The notes under the pieces are model-generated. The model saw only the letters and a list, made by a program, of their open reading frames with translations, had not been told where the DNA came from and did not search any database. Position numbers and translations under genes: made by a program. 64,000 nucleotides of DNA from Colwellia sp. (GTDB taxonomy: Bacteria; Pseudomonadota; Gammaproteobacteria; Enterobacterales; Alteromonadaceae): assembly GCA_051531915.1 (NCBI GenBank), contig JAOPTQ010000046.1, positions 81,923-145,922 of the forward strand, written 5' to 3'. Below, piece after piece: positions 36,344 to 47,893 of this stretch (its first letter is position 1; each line of letters begins with the position of its first letter).

Positions 36344-36766
36344 ATGCAATTTAATGAACACGGACATTATCAATTAGAAAGCGATGGTAATATTATTTTT
36401 TATCGTATTACCGGCAGTTGGAATTATGAGGCTTCAGTGTCTTGTATTAAAGATATAAACCAATGCTTTGAAGAAATAGACAATCAACCCGTGATGATGA
36501 TTGTTGATACTATTGATTTCGAAGGCAGTTTAAACGAAGGCTATTTATTATGGTCAGAAGCAACGGTTGATTGGCTTAAGCGTAACTTAACTCACTTTAT
36601 TCGTATTGATAATGTCAATACCGCGCATTATAAATTGTTCGTTGCTAGAATGGATGCCGCATTGAAAGAAAAAACCACTTTTAATTTAGCGCACTGTTTT
36701 GATGAGGCTATTCAAAAAGCGCATGCGCTAGGTTTTTCAGGTTTTGAAACGTCAGAAAAATCTTGA
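36344..36766 (+). CDS. Hypothetical protein (140 aa)
   Basis: ORF only. No motif recognised. Confidence 0.45.
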   Translation: MQFNEHGHYQLESDGNIIFYRITGSWNYEASVSCIKDINQCFEEIDNQPVMMIVDTIDFEGSLNEGYLLWSEATVDWLKRNLTHFIRIDNVNTAHYKLFVARMDAALKEKTTFNLAHCFDEAIQKAHALGFSGFETSEKS

Positions 36767-36804
36767 GTTAATCTTGAGTTGATATTGAGTTAAAAAAGGG
36801 AAGA

Positions 36805-36930
36805 ATGAAAAAAAAATTATTACAGTGGTGGCATACCGATTGTCAATTTTGTCGAAAGGCAAGGTTGATATTACTGTGGCTTATACTAATGTTAGTGGTA
36901 GATTATTTTTGGTTTCGGCTGCTTTTTTAA
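36805..36930 (+). CDS. Possible small membrane protein (41 aa) with CxxC
   Basis: Below the ORF-track length cutoff. AGGGAAG lies before the ATG. MKKKLLQWWHTDCQFCRKARLILLWLILMLVVDYFWFRLLF has a basic N-terminus, CxxC and one TM helix. Confidence 0.3.
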   Translation: MKKKLLQWWHTDCQFCRKARLILLWLILMLVVDYFWFRLLF

Positions 36931-36954
36931 CGGCATTATTTGAGGAATAATATA

Positions 36955-37167
36955 ATGAACTCAATACTCGGCTTAAAATGGATTGACTCGTTAGAAATTG
37001 CTTTAGATTTAATAGAAAAACACCCAGAAGTTGATCCTTTAACATTACACTTCACCCAACTAAGGCAATGGGTGCTTGAACTAGAACGTTTTAATGATGA
37101 CCCAGACCATTGCGGTGAACGTGTGTTAGAAGCGATTCAATTAGCATGGATTGATGAAGTAGATTAA
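36955..37167 (+). CDS. iscX: Fe-S assembly protein IscX (YfhJ) homolog
   Basis: LGLKWIDSLEIALDLIEKHPEVDPLTLHFTQLRQWVLELERFNDDPDHCGERVLEAIQLAWIDE is collinear with E. coli IscX. ATG 36955 is preferred over the TTG at 36940. Confidence 0.85.
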   Translation: MNSILGLKWIDSLEIALDLIEKHPEVDPLTLHFTQLRQWVLELERFNDDPDHCGERVLEAIQLAWIDEVD

Positions 37168-37320
37168 ACCTTAAAAAAAGTATCACTTGCCTTAACCGTT
37201 ATTATTCCAACCTTATCTTCTTTTCTGCATGATAAATTTCAACTATACTCTAGCTATCTATTAATAAAGACTTTTTTATTATTTGTGAAAATAATAAAAC
37301 ATAAGTAGCAATATAAGCCC

Positions 37321-39009
37321 ATGATCTCATCTAAGCGTCCATTATATATTCCTTACGCAGGATCAATTCTGTTAGAAACCCCTTTACTCAACAAGGGCAG
37401 TGCCTTTGATAAAGAGGAGCGAATAAACTTTAATTTAACGGGGTTGCTACCACCAAGATTTGAAACAATAAAGGAACAAGTTGATAGAGCTTATCGACAA
37501 TATAGTAGCTTTCGCACCAATATGAATAAGCATATCTACCTTCGAGCTATTCACGATAACAATGAAACCTTGTTTTTTCGGTTGGTACAAGCACATTTAG
37601 CCGAAATGATGCCTATTATTTATACGCCTACGGTAGGTGATGCTTGCGAGCAATTTTCTGATATTTACCGAAACTCTCGTGGTTTGTTTATTTCTTATGA
37701 AGATCGCTTTTATATTGATGATATTTTACGTAATGCCACTAAAAATAAAGTGAAAGTTATTGTAGTCACTGACGGTGAACGCATATTAGGGTTAGGCGAC
37801 CAAGGCATTGGTGGCATGGGCATTCCTATCGGAAAATTGTCTTTATACACGGCGTGTGGAGGTATTAGCCCAGCGTATACCTTGCCAGTAATGTTAGATG
37901 TAGGCACTAATAATCAAAAATTGCTTGATGATCCTATGTATATGGGATTGCGCCAAGAGCGTATTGGACAAGCTGAATATGATGAGTTTTTAGAGCTTTT
38001 TATTAGCGCCGTTAAACATCGTTGGCCACATGTATTATTGCAGTTTGAAGATTTTGCTCAACCTAATGCCATGCCATTGTTGCAGCGCTATAAAGAAGAA
38101 ATTTGTTGTTTTAACGACGATATTCAAGGAACAGCAGCGGTTACCGTAGGAACCTTACTTGCTGCTTGTCGAAGTAAAGGCGTTAAATTATCCCAATTAA
38201 AAGTGGCTTTTGTTGGCTCTGGATCCGCAGGTTGTGGTATTGCAGAACAAATTATTACTCAAATGATAAGTGAAGGTTTAGCACCATTACAGGCACGTAG
38301 CCAAGTATTTATGGTAGACCGATTTGGTTTGTTAACCCAAGGAATGTCTGATTTAAGAGATTTTCAACAAAAACTGGTACAAAGTAAATTAGCCCTTGAG
38401 CACTGGCATATTGCCGGTGAGTTTGCATCACTTGTTGAAGTGATGCATGGCGCTAAACCAGATATTTTGATTGGTGTTTCAGGGCAGTCAGGCTTATTTA
38501 CTGAAAAAGTTATTAAAGCGATGAAGCAACACTGCGCAATGCCGATTGTTTTTCCATTAAGTAATCCGTCGAGACAAGTTGAAGCAACGCCTAGCCAAGT
38601 TATTCATTGGACACAAGGGGAGGTTATTATTGCCACTGGCAGCCCATTTGAACCGGTTGAGTATCAAGGTAAAACTTATCCAATAGCGCAATGTAATAAC
38701 AGTTATATTTTCCCCGGTATTGGTTTAGGCGTTGTGGCGGCCAATATTAATCGCATTACCGATGAAATGTTATTGGTTGCGAGTGAAACGTTAGCTGCGG
38801 CATCACCCCTAGCGAATACGAAAGAAGGTGAATTATTACCCCCGTTAACAGAAATAGCTCAACTGAGTAAGCAAATTGCTTTTGCGGTTGCTAAAGTTGC
38901 TTTTGAACAAGATTTAGCGTTAGCAATCACCGATGAACAGTTAACGTTGAAAATTGAACATAATTTTTGGCAACCAGAATATCGTCAATATCGAAGAACG
39001 AGTGTGTAG
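37321..39009 (+). CDS. maeA: NAD-dependent malic enzyme
   Basis: Collinear with E. coli MaeA/SfcA throughout ([59 protein letters not shown] end). Confidence 0.95.
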   Translation: MISSKRPLYIPYAGSILLETPLLNKGSAFDKEERINFNLTGLLPPRFETIKEQVDRAYRQYSSFRTNMNKHIYLRAIHDNNETLFFRLVQAHLAEMMPIIYTPTVGDACEQFSDIYRNSRGLFISYEDRFYIDDILRNATKNKVKVIVVTDGERILGLGDQGIGGMGIPIGKLSLYTACGGISPAYTLPVMLDVGTNNQKLLDDPMYMGLRQERIGQAEYDEFLELFISAVKHRWPHVLLQFEDFAQPNAMPLLQRYKEEICCFNDDIQGTAAVTVGTLLAACRSKGVKLSQLKVAFVGSGSAGCGIAEQIITQMISEGLAPLQARSQVFMVDRFGLLTQGMSDLRDFQQKLVQSKLALEHWHIAGEFASLVEVMHGAKPDILIGVSGQSGLFTEKVIKAMKQHCAMPIVFPLSNPSRQVEATPSQVIHWTQGEVIIATGSPFEPVEYQGKTYPIAQCNNSYIFPGIGLGVVAANINRITDEMLLVASETLAAASPLANTKEGELLPPLTEIAQLSKQIAFAVAKVAFEQDLALAITDEQLTLKIEHNFWQPEYRQYRRTSV

Positions 39010-39120
39010 TTAATTTTATCGAACACCACAATTCATAACCTGTCAGTTACAAAGGTAAACAACTAAGTTGATAGTGATTGTTAAAATATCACCATGAATT
39101 TAAATTGACAGGTGCCTATT

Positions 39121-39654
39121 ATGGTTATTCAAAGAGTTTCATCGATAAATACCAATAATTTTGATGCAATAAAGCAAAATGCGTTAACGACTTTATCTGA
39201 TGTAAAAAAAAGTGACGGTGAACTTTTAACACCAGAACAAAAAAACACCTTACAAAATGACGCTAACGATAAAATCACCAATCAAGCCAATGAAATAAAG
39301 TCAAATTTTCAAACCGCAAAAGATTTAGATTTAACTCGCGCTTATTATGAACAGCAACAAAAATTGCTTGATATTTATATGCAATCAAACACCGCTGAAA
39401 CAAAAAGTAATAGCGACGATGTCAGTGCCACGAAAGCGTTAACTGACACCTATTCTTCACTTTATCAGTTGCACCAAACCATTAAAGATGGTTTTGGACA
39501 GTTACCGAGTATTCCTGAAGAAACGCAACCACCGAAAAATATGCCAGAAATTCAACCGGTAGAAATATTGCCACTCACGGCAAGCAAACAAATGGATACT
39601 TATAATAGCTTTATGATGCCAACAACCAATTCATATTTACAATTAAGTGCTTAA
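39121..39654 (+). CDS. Hypothetical Q/N/T-rich protein
   Basis: ORF only. ATG 39121 is preferred over GTG 39112. Confidence 0.4.
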   Translation: MVIQRVSSINTNNFDAIKQNALTTLSDVKKSDGELLTPEQKNTLQNDANDKITNQANEIKSNFQTAKDLDLTRAYYEQQQKLLDIYMQSNTAETKSNSDDVSATKALTDTYSSLYQLHQTIKDGFGQLPSIPEETQPPKNMPEIQPVEILPLTASKQMDTYNSFMMPTTNSYLQLSA

Positions 39655-39732
39655 AATGATAAAGCTAATTTTTAAAAAATGACTATAATTATTCAAGTGG
39701 TACGGGTATAAGTTGTATTAACGAGGTTTTCG

Positions 39733-39972
39733 ATGTCAAAAACAGATCCGAATGAAATTATTAGCCAAGCTGAAATAGATAACTTGTTGCATATTAACGA
39801 GCTTATTGAAGCTCAGGGTGAAAACTCATTGATTGACGAGCTTAAGCAAGCAATTTTAGATTCTGGAAAATTAGAATTAGCGCAATGGCAATCCTTACGC
39901 GAGCACTTACATGAAATAGAGCAATTAATCCCTCATATTGACTTGATTATTAAATTGAAAAAAGAAAAGTAA
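39733..39972 (+). CDS. Hypothetical small acidic helical protein (79 aa)
   Basis: ORF only, with GAGG upstream of the ATG. Confidence 0.4.
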   Translation: MSKTDPNEIISQAEIDNLLHINELIEAQGENSLIDELKQAILDSGKLELAQWQSLREHLHEIEQLIPHIDLIIKLKKEK

Positions 39973-40161
39973 ATTCTTCAAAAATATAAGGGTGAAATAA
40001 CAGCTGCTTATTTGCATAACTACACGTAAAGCCAACAGAGCCTTTGCCTTTTGTTGTGCCTATTCGTTATTTGCTTACTTGTGTTAGCCTACAGTATCGA
40101 CTACAATCGCGCCAAAATTTATATCGTTATCATCTTCTTTATTAATAGTTAGGGGCTTATC

Positions 40162-40593
40162 ATGGCTATCGAACGTACTTTTTCTATCGTAAAACCTGAT
40201 GCAGTAGCTAAAAATGTTATTGGTCAAATCTACAACCGTTTTGAAACGGCGGGTTTAAAAATTGTAGCATCAAAAATGTTACATCTAAGCAAAGAAAAAG
40301 CCGAAGGTTTTTATGCTGAGCATAGCGAACGCCCTTTCTTTGATTCTTTAGTTGAATTTATGACTTCTGGTCCGGTAATGGTTCAAGTGTTAGAAGGTGA
40401 AAATGCGGTGCTTAAAAACCGCCAAATTATGGGGGCTACTAATCCAAGCGATGCATTAGCCGGAACTATTCGCGCTGACCTTGCCAATAGCGTTGGTGAA
40501 AATGCTGCGCATGGTAGTGATGCGTTAGCGTCAGCCGCACGTGAAATTGCCTATTTTTTCTCTGATGAAGAAATTTGCCCACGTACTCGTTAA
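40162..40593 (+). CDS. ndk: Nucleoside diphosphate kinase
   Basis: [15 protein letters not shown]...NAAHGSD. Confidence 0.97.
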   Translation: MAIERTFSIVKPDAVAKNVIGQIYNRFETAGLKIVASKMLHLSKEKAEGFYAEHSERPFFDSLVEFMTSGPVMVQVLEGENAVLKNRQIMGATNPSDALAGTIRADLANSVGENAAHGSDALASAAREIAYFFSDEEICPRTR

Positions 40594-40646
40594 TTAACGC
40601 GTAAACTGTTTTGTTTATTGCTTAATTAACATTAGTTGAGTATTTA

Positions 40647-40684
40647 AGGATTTTGCTGTTGATTCAGTAAAATCCTTTTTATTT
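40647..40684 (+). terminator. Rho-independent terminator after ndk
   Basis: AGGATTTT...AAAATCCT stem followed by TTTTATTT. Confidence 0.65.
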
Positions 40685-40801
40685 CTGCCATGCCTTTAGT
40701 GAGATTAATGGTATTGGCGCGGTAAATTGCTACATTTACGTAAAAAGCGTACAATTCGCCTGTTATTACTTCCTGTTTTTAGTTATTGAGATTGTTGTTT
40801 T

Positions 40802-41971
40802 ATGTCCATCGTTGCCAAAAAAATTAATCTACTGAATTTTGATCACCAAAGTATGCGTGAGTATTTTGATTCTATTGGTGAAAAGCCTTTTAGGGCTGAT
40901 CAAATAATGAAGTGGATTTATCACTTTGGTTATAGCGACTTTGAGCAAATGACCAATTTGAATAAAAAGTTACGGGAAAAACTACAGCGCAATTGTGAAA
41001 TAAAAGCACCTGAAATTTCAGAAAAACAAGTGTCAGATGATGGCACCATCAAATATGCGCTAGTACTTGAAGGAGGTCAAGAAGTTGAAACCGTATGGAT
41101 CCCTGAAAATGATCGCGCTACGTTATGTGTTTCTTCTCAAGTGGGTTGCGCCCTAGAATGTACTTTTTGCGCTACGGCTCAACAAGGATTTAATCGTAAC
41201 TTATCGATGGCTGAAATTATTGGCCAAGTTTGGCGGGTAGCAAATGATATTGGAGCCACGCGTATTGCTGGCACTCGACCTATCACCAATATTGTTATGA
41301 TGGGAATGGGCGAGCCTTTATTAAATGTTAAAAACTTAATTCCAGCACTTGATACCATGTTGAATGATTTAGGCTACGGCTTATCTAAGCGTCGAGTCAC
41401 GGTAAGTACTTCGGGTGTTGTACCGGCTTTGGATATGCTTAAAGAAAAAATTGATTGTGCGTTAGCTATTTCTATTCATGCACCTAATAATGTTTTACGT
41501 GATGAATTAGTGCCTATTAATAAAAAATATCCACTCGAAGATTTTTTAGCCGCCGCCGGACGTTATATTGATGGCTCTAAAGCGAATAAACAAGCAACGA
41601 TTGAATATGTAATGCTTGATCATGTCAATGATAGTACTGATCAAGCCCATGAGTTAGCTCATGCTTTAAAAGACTTGCCAAGTAAAATTAACTTGATCCC
41701 CTTTAATCCTTACCCAGGCTCTTCTTATAAGCGTTCAAGTAATTCACGTATTGACCGGTTTGACAAAGTATTACAAAGTTATGGCTTAACGGTTATAACA
41801 CGCCGAACGCGTGGTGGTGATATTGATGCTGCGTGTGGTCAATTAGCGGGTGATGTTTTAGATCGCACTAAGCGTACAGGAATGCGTACAGGAACACGAA
41901 CAGAAAATAATGATGATAATTATCAGGAAAAACAGGCACAACACGAGACAATTTCTGTAAAAAGCGTTTGA
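40802..41971 (+). CDS. rlmN: 23S rRNA/tRNA m2A methyltransferase (radical SAM)
   Basis: [46 protein letters not shown]. Confidence 0.95.
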   Translation: MSIVAKKINLLNFDHQSMREYFDSIGEKPFRADQIMKWIYHFGYSDFEQMTNLNKKLREKLQRNCEIKAPEISEKQVSDDGTIKYALVLEGGQEVETVWIPENDRATLCVSSQVGCALECTFCATAQQGFNRNLSMAEIIGQVWRVANDIGATRIAGTRPITNIVMMGMGEPLLNVKNLIPALDTMLNDLGYGLSKRRVTVSTSGVVPALDMLKEKIDCALAISIHAPNNVLRDELVPINKKYPLEDFLAAAGRYIDGSKANKQATIEYVMLDHVNDSTDQAHELAHALKDLPSKINLIPFNPYPGSSYKRSSNSRIDRFDKVLQSYGLTVITRRTRGGDIDAACGQLAGDVLDRTKRTGMRTGTRTENNDDNYQEKQAQHETISVKSV

Positions 41972-42057
41972 TAAGTGTTTATCTTGAAGTCGTTTGACTA
42001 TGAGTATAAGCTCTAAGATCAGTAATCAATAATCTGACAAAGAAGTATTCGCATAAT

Positions 42058-43575
42058 ATGGATAAAACGTTATCTAAAATTATTATCATTGCATTGGCTT
42101 TACTGTTGCCTGCTTGTGTAACGCAAGAGTTTGAAAGTGATGATACGCCAGTTGTTAAAAACCAATCTAATAGAGATGAAATGGCTATAACGCGCATCTC
42201 TTTAGGCTTAGGTTATTTAAAAATGGGTAATATGTCGCAGGCTAAATTTAATTTAGATAAAGCGAAAAAATTCTCCCCTAAAATGGTACAGGTTTATACG
42301 GCCTTTGCGCATTATTATGCCACTGTTGGCGAACATGAATTAACAATAACGGCTTATGAAAAAGCATTATCTATTCAAAGTGACAATGCAGACACTTTAA
42401 ATAATTATGGTGTGTATCTATGCCGTCAAAATCAAGTACCCGCAGCGGAGAAGCAATTTTTAAAAGCGATTGCTGTACCAAGTTACACTTTAGTAGCACA
42501 AAGTTATGACAACTTAGCGTCATGCTATTTGCAAATTGATGATTTTGAAAAGTCAGAACTGTATTTAAATAAAGCGATTTTACATAGCCCTAGTGCAGCG
42601 TCGATATTATTCAAAATGGTACGTTTACAGTACGCTAAAAGTGATTATAAAGAGGCTAGAATATTTTTACAGCGCTTTGAAAAATCCACTCGTCGTTTTA
42701 CCCCGCAATCGCTAGCACTCGCTTATAAAGTCTATTTTAAACTGGGTCAGCGTAGAACTGCCAGAAACTATGGTGCTATGTTAGTTAAAATGTATCCGCA
42801 GTCTTGGGAAGCGAATCAATATTTACTCAATAAACTTGAATTAATTGACGCTGATAATTTAGCAAAAAAATTCAAATTAGCTCAAACTAAACTTTCACAG
42901 TCGGGCAACTCTAATATCATTAAAACGAAAAAGCGTGTGGTGAAGTTGTCACCTAAAAAACCGACAAAAGATAAAGTACTTTCAACAAAATCAATTAACG
43001 CTAAAGTGGTTTCTGCCAATACAACCGTTTTGAATAGTATAGCACCAACAAACCAAGCTTCTATAGCGAGTATTAGTCAAGCTCTTACCAAAAATGAAAA
43101 AGAGGCAGTTGTTATAGTGTCAGAGGTATTAACGGTTAAAAATACGCCTGTTGTAGAAAGTGAACATAAGATAACCGCTGAAACAGCGCATGCCGCTGAC
43201 GTTGCTAAAAGCTTAACCGCATCAGATGAAGCAACAGCGATAGCGATAAAAGAAGCAAAAGTAGCGGCTATATTAGCAAAAGCTGAGCCGAATGACGCAA
43301 GTATAAAAGACGTTAGTAAAAAAGTAGCCAGTAATACGGATGAAAAAGTATTACAGAGTCAACCAAAGCCAAATCAAGAAAATGGTAACGTTGAAAAACC
43401 AAGTGAACCGGTGAAAGCGTTGGCAACACATAGTATTGTTAAGGGCGACACGCTTTATAGTGTTTCCGTAAAATATAATATTAAAATAAAAGCATTAAGA
43501 AAATGGAATCAAATGTCGACTAGAAAAAGATTATATGTCGGTAAAACACTATTTTTAGAAAATCCTAATAAATAA
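42058..43575 (+). CDS. pilW: Type IV pilus biogenesis/stability lipoprotein PilW (TPR) with a long low-complexity linker and a C-terminal LysM domain
   Basis: Lipobox LLLPAC. TPR region of ~240 aa in the conserved rlmN-pilW-rodZ position. The C-terminal HSIVKGDTLYSVSVKYNIKIKALRKWNQM...LYVGKTL is a LysM signature. Confidence 0.8.
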   Translation: MDKTLSKIIIIALALLLPACVTQEFESDDTPVVKNQSNRDEMAITRISLGLGYLKMGNMSQAKFNLDKAKKFSPKMVQVYTAFAHYYATVGEHELTITAYEKALSIQSDNADTLNNYGVYLCRQNQVPAAEKQFLKAIAVPSYTLVAQSYDNLASCYLQIDDFEKSELYLNKAILHSPSAASILFKMVRLQYAKSDYKEARIFLQRFEKSTRRFTPQSLALAYKVYFKLGQRRTARNYGAMLVKMYPQSWEANQYLLNKLELIDADNLAKKFKLAQTKLSQSGNSNIIKTKKRVVKLSPKKPTKDKVLSTKSINAKVVSANTTVLNSIAPTNQASIASISQALTKNEKEAVVIVSEVLTVKNTPVVESEHKITAETAHAADVAKSLTASDEATAIAIKEAKVAAILAKAEPNDASIKDVSKKVASNTDEKVLQSQPKPNQENGNVEKPSEPVKALATHSIVKGDTLYSVSVKYNIKIKALRKWNQMSTRKRLYVGKTLFLENPNK

Positions 43576-43589
43576 AGTGATCACTATTC

Positions 43590-44597
43590 ATGAATGAAAA
43601 TATAGCGACAGTGAAAGCAGAAAAAGTCACACAAAGCAGTGAGCTTAGCGAAGACATGGAAATGATAAGTCCAGGACAAATGCTAAGTGATGCACGAGAG
43701 AAAAAGGGATTGACTCAAGAGCAAATAGCCGCGACATTAAATTTTAGACTGGCGTTGGTTATCAATATCGAGCAAGATTATTTAGATCAATCTCTGCCCG
43801 CTACTTTTAATCGAGGCTACTTGTGTAACTATGCCAAGCTAGTTGGCGTTAATTTAGTTGATATTATAGCAAGTTATGATGCTTTAGGTGCGGCTAAAAT
43901 TCAACGTAGTGAGTTGCAGAGTTTTTCTAATTTAACCGAAAAGCAAGCCGAACATAGTCGTTTAATGTGGGTAAGTTATTTAATTGTTGCCATTTTAATT
44001 GGTTTAACCGTGTTGTGGTGGCTTCAAGATAACAATCAGCAAGCCGTTAATAAAGCGCAAGAGAATAAAGCCATAAACAGTTCGTTAGTTCAGGTAAAAA
44101 CTACCCTGCCGGAAAATTCAAAGGAAGTTGAACAAGCCTTATTAGTTGAAAAGGCAGTCGAAAAAACCGTAAACAAAACAGAACTTAAACATGCTGAATC
44201 TACATTGACGACAAAAAGTGAACAAGAACAAACGGCCGCGACTATTCAACCAGAAGATCTTGCTAACACTGATGTTGCTAGCAACCGCACAGAGCCGTTA
44301 GCGCAACCGTCATCGTTAGTTGAACCTACGTCGCTTATTGCTCCGGCAGAAAGTACTGCAATTTTTACCTTTTCCGGTGACTGTTGGGTGAATATATATG
44401 ATGCATTAGGCGAGCGCATTGCTTGGGGTGTAAAAAAAACAGGTTATGTGATGACTGTAAAAGGAATATCACCGCTTAAAATAACGCTAGGAAGACCTGA
44501 ATTGGCGACTATTGTTTTTAACGATCAACCTATTGATATGTCGCCATTTAATGTGGGTAATATCGCTAAATTTACGCTGCCAATTGATCCAGAATAA
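43590..44597 (+). CDS. rodZ: Cytoskeleton protein RodZ
   Basis: The N-terminal HTH (GQMLSDAREKKGLTQEQIAATLNF), a single TM helix, and a C-terminal DUF4115-like domain (CWVNIYDALGE). Confidence 0.9.
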   Translation: MNENIATVKAEKVTQSSELSEDMEMISPGQMLSDAREKKGLTQEQIAATLNFRLALVINIEQDYLDQSLPATFNRGYLCNYAKLVGVNLVDIIASYDALGAAKIQRSELQSFSNLTEKQAEHSRLMWVSYLIVAILIGLTVLWWLQDNNQQAVNKAQENKAINSSLVQVKTTLPENSKEVEQALLVEKAVEKTVNKTELKHAESTLTTKSEQEQTAATIQPEDLANTDVASNRTEPLAQPSSLVEPTSLIAPAESTAIFTFSGDCWVNIYDALGERIAWGVKKTGYVMTVKGISPLKITLGRPELATIVFNDQPIDMSPFNVGNIAKFTLPIDPE

Positions 44598-44655
44598 ATC
44601 CAGAATAAATTGACTGTTAGTATTTATTCTCTCAAATCGTATTTAAAGAAAAATT

Positions 44656-45774
44656 ATGTTTAAAGAATCTCCTATTATCCGTCGTGTTTCACGCCAAATT
44701 ATGGTTGGCAATGTTCCCGTCGGTGGTGACGCACCTATTACGGTGCAATCGATGACAAATACCCAAACGACCGATGTTGCTGCAACCGTTGCGCAAATTA
44801 AAGCGTTGGAAGCGGTTGGTGCTGATATTGTTCGCGTGAGTGTGCCAACAATGGATGCTGCGGAAGCTTTTCGTGAAATAAAAAAGCAAGTGTCTGTGCC
44901 CTTGGTAACCGATATTCATTTTGATTACCGTATTGCTTTAAAAGTTGCTGATTATGGCGCAGATTGTTTACGTATTAATCCGGGTAATATTGGTCGAGAA
45001 GATAGAGTGCGTAGTGTTGTTGAATGTGCTCGTGATAAAAATATTCCTATAAGAATAGGGGTAAATGGCGGTTCGCTTGAAAAAGATATTCAAGAGCGTT
45101 ATACCGAACCCACGCCAGAGGCATTGCTTGAATCAGCGATGCGCCATGTAGATATTCTTGACAAGCTTAATTTTGATCAATTTAAAGTCAGTGTAAAAGC
45201 CTCCGATGTTTTTTTAGCAGTAGAGTCATATAAATTATTAGCCAAACAAATTGATAATCCCTTGCATTTGGGCATTACTGAAGCCGGCGGTTTACGCTCT
45301 GGTTCGGTAAAGTCGTCAGTGGGTTTAGGATTACTATTAGCACAAGGTATTGGCGATACTTTACGAATTTCGTTAGCCGCAGACCCTATCGAGGAAATTA
45401 AAGTCGGTTTTGATATTTTAAAATCATTAAAACTGCGTAGTCGAGGAATTAATTTAATTGCTTGCCCTAGCTGTTCAAGACAAGAGTTTGATGTGGTTGC
45501 TACGGTTAACGCGCTTGAACAACGCATTGAAGATATTATGACGCCAATGGATGTGTCTATTATTGGCTGTATTGTTAATGGCCCCGGTGAAGCAATGATT
45601 TCAGACCTAGGTTTAACCGGCAGTAACAGAAAAAGCGGTTATTATCTGGATGGTATTCGCCAAAAAGAACGTTTTGACAATAATGATCTCGTTGACCAAT
45701 TAGAGCAGCGAATTCGTGCTAAAGCAGCGTTATTAGATGAGCAAAATAAAATTGATATCAAAGAAGTCGAGTAA
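44656..45774 (+). CDS. ispG: 4-hydroxy-3-methylbut-2-en-1-yl diphosphate synthase
   Basis: [40 protein letters not shown]. Confidence 0.97.
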   Translation: MFKESPIIRRVSRQIMVGNVPVGGDAPITVQSMTNTQTTDVAATVAQIKALEAVGADIVRVSVPTMDAAEAFREIKKQVSVPLVTDIHFDYRIALKVADYGADCLRINPGNIGREDRVRSVVECARDKNIPIRIGVNGGSLEKDIQERYTEPTPEALLESAMRHVDILDKLNFDQFKVSVKASDVFLAVESYKLLAKQIDNPLHLGITEAGGLRSGSVKSSVGLGLLLAQGIGDTLRISLAADPIEEIKVGFDILKSLKLRSRGINLIACPSCSRQEFDVVATVNALEQRIEDIMTPMDVSIIGCIVNGPGEAMISDLGLTGSNRKSGYYLDGIRQKERFDNNDLVDQLEQRIRAKAALLDEQNKIDIKEVE

Positions 45775-45906
45775 ATATCATTTTATCGATGAAGTCTACA
45801 TCTTGAGCTAACATGGCTATATAAGGTACAATGCGCGCTGCGTAAAATATTGTAGTTATATTCAGTAATTATATTGAGTAATAAAAGTAAGAGAGAAGTA
45901 ATTAAA

Positions 45907-47187
45907 GTGGCTAAAAATAAGGCACTACAAGCAATTCGTGGTATGAATGACTGCCTTCCGTCAGAAACCAATGTATGGCAAATGGTTGAATCAGTATTGC
46001 GACGTGTTGCCAGTAATTATGGTTTTGCAGAAATTCGTATGCCTATTGTTGAGTCAACAGCGGTATTTAAACGTGGTATTGGTGAAGTTACCGATATTGT
46101 TGAAAAAGAAATGTACACCTTTGATGATCTCAATGGTGATAGTTTAACATTGCGTCCAGAAGGCACGGCAAGTTGTGTGCGTGCGGGTGTGCAACATGGT
46201 TTATTATATAATCAAGAGCAGCGTCTTTGGTATATGGGACCGATGTTTCGTCACGAAAGACCACAAAAAGGTCGTTATCGTCAGTTTCATCAATTTGGTC
46301 TAGAGGCCTTTGGTATTGCCACGCCTGATATCGACGCTGAAATTATTTTACTAACTTCTCGTTTATGGCGGGAACTTGGGCTCAATGAATTTGTCACACT
46401 AGAGTTGAACTCGTTAGGGTCGAATGAAGAGCGAGCTAACTATCGCGATGCTTTGATTGTTTATTTAACCAAACATGAAGAATTACTTGATGAAGATTCT
46501 AAGCGGCGTATGCATACCAATCCGCTCAGAGTACTTGATAGTAAAAACCCACAAGTGCAAGCAGCATTAGTGGATGCGCCTAAATTGTCAGAACATTTTG
46601 GCGAAGAAACGCAAGCACACTTTGCAAGTTTATGTCAGCGTTTAGATGCCGCCGGTATTCAATACGTATTAAATGAACGTTTAGTACGAGGTTTAGATTA
46701 TTATAATCGTACGGTATTTGAATGGGTTACCACCAGTTTAGGGGCACAAGGTACTATTTGTGCCGGTGGGCGCTATGATGGTTTAGTGGAACAACTGGGC
46801 GGTAAAGCAACACCCGCTTTTGGCTTTGCTTTAGGTATTGAACGCTTGATACTGATTTTAACCGAGTTAAATAAAGCGACTAATATTCGCCCGCAAGTTG
46901 ATGCTTACGTGGTGATTTTAGGTGATGATGCGCAAATTAAAGCGAATGCGTTAGCCGAGCAATGGCGTGATCAAGTACCGAATATTCGTTTGCAATGTCA
47001 TTGCGGTGGCGGCAATATGAAAAAACAGTTGAAACGAGCAGATAAATCAGGCGCGCAAATAGCGCTGATTTTAGGTGATAATGAAATTGCCGAGCAAAAA
47101 GTGATGGTTAAATACCTTCGCGGACAACAAGAACAGCAAAACTTAGCATTTGAACAAGTGCCAAGTTTATTATCAGAATTAATTTAA
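45907..47187 (+). CDS. hisS: Histidine-tRNA ligase
   Basis: Collinear with E. coli HisS from [18 protein letters not shown] 45907 is preferred over the track's TTG 45874. Confidence 0.95.
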   Translation: MAKNKALQAIRGMNDCLPSETNVWQMVESVLRRVASNYGFAEIRMPIVESTAVFKRGIGEVTDIVEKEMYTFDDLNGDSLTLRPEGTASCVRAGVQHGLLYNQEQRLWYMGPMFRHERPQKGRYRQFHQFGLEAFGIATPDIDAEIILLTSRLWRELGLNEFVTLELNSLGSNEERANYRDALIVYLTKHEELLDEDSKRRMHTNPLRVLDSKNPQVQAALVDAPKLSEHFGEETQAHFASLCQRLDAAGIQYVLNERLVRGLDYYNRTVFEWVTTSLGAQGTICAGGRYDGLVEQLGGKATPAFGFALGIERLILILTELNKATNIRPQVDAYVVILGDDAQIKANALAEQWRDQVPNIRLQCHCGGGNMKKQLKRADKSGAQIALILGDNEIAEQKVMVKYLRGQQEQQNLAFEQVPSLLSELI

Positions 47188-47210
47188 GGGCTTTTAGTTA
47201 AGGTGTAGTC

Positions 47211-47885
47211 GTGGAAATTTATCAAACAGAAGAACAACAAGTAGAAGCTATTAAAGGTTATTGGGCTGAAAATGGTAATACTATTATTGCGGGTATTGTT
47301 TTAGGTTTTGCTGGTTTTATTGGTTATAGCCTTTTTCAAGAAAGCAAGTTAGAGCAAGAGCTTGCAATATCTACTAATTATCAAACATTAATTGAAAGCT
47401 CGGCTAAAGACAGTAGTGCTTTTAATGAAAAGGCAGCACAGTTTATTGCCGAAAATGGTGAAACGAGTTATGCAGCACTTACCGCTTTAGCATTAGCGAA
47501 AGAAGCGGCTAGTCATAAAGATTGGTCTCAAGCACAAAAATATTTAGTTACCGCTATTGATACAGCGCCAAGCGATGGTGTTAAAGGTATTGCTAGTGTG
47601 CGTTTAGCACGTGTTCAAATTCAGTTATCGCAGTTTGAACAAGCATTAGCAACGTTAGCCAAACCTTTACCTGACTCTTTTACCGCTTCAGTTGAAGAAA
47701 TAAAAGGTGATATTTATTTGCAACAAGATAAAAAAGAACTCGCGCGTAACGCCTATCAAGCGGCTATTGCTGCGGATGGTTTGGCAACGAGCCCTAACTT
47801 ACAAATGAAGTTAGACGATTTAGCACCGTTGATAAATTTAGCAACCGCTAATATTGTTTCCGCTGATAATTTATCGACTAAGTAA
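47211..47885 (+). CDS. yfgM: YfgM-family ancillary SecYEG translocon subunit (TPR-like)
   Basis: A GTG start gives VEIYQTEEQQVEAIKGYWAENGN. Single TM helix. Conserved hisS-yfgM-bamB position. Confidence 0.85.
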   Translation: MEIYQTEEQQVEAIKGYWAENGNTIIAGIVLGFAGFIGYSLFQESKLEQELAISTNYQTLIESSAKDSSAFNEKAAQFIAENGETSYAALTALALAKEAASHKDWSQAQKYLVTAIDTAPSDGVKGIASVRLARVQIQLSQFEQALATLAKPLPDSFTASVEEIKGDIYLQQDKKELARNAYQAAIAADGLATSPNLQMKLDDLAPLINLATANIVSADNLSTK

Positions 47886-47893
47886 GGTCTACA

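Noticed and set aside
41979-42197. A 72-aa minus-strand ORF overlapping the pilW start, a 66-aa ORF at 56677..56877 overlapping the Amt gene start, and a 62-aa ORF at 45783..45971.
   Set aside because: They overlap the 5-prime ends of well-supported genes on the opposite strand, and they have no RBS or recognisable motif.
45874-45906. N-terminal extensions offered by the ORF track: hisS TTG 45874, guaA ATG 54902, xseA TTG 53045, iscX TTG 36940 and HAD 2486.
   Set aside because: Alignment, from memory, with the E. coli orthologs (for the HAD gene, the position of motif I) places the real N-termini at internal starts. The extensions add non-conserved residues.
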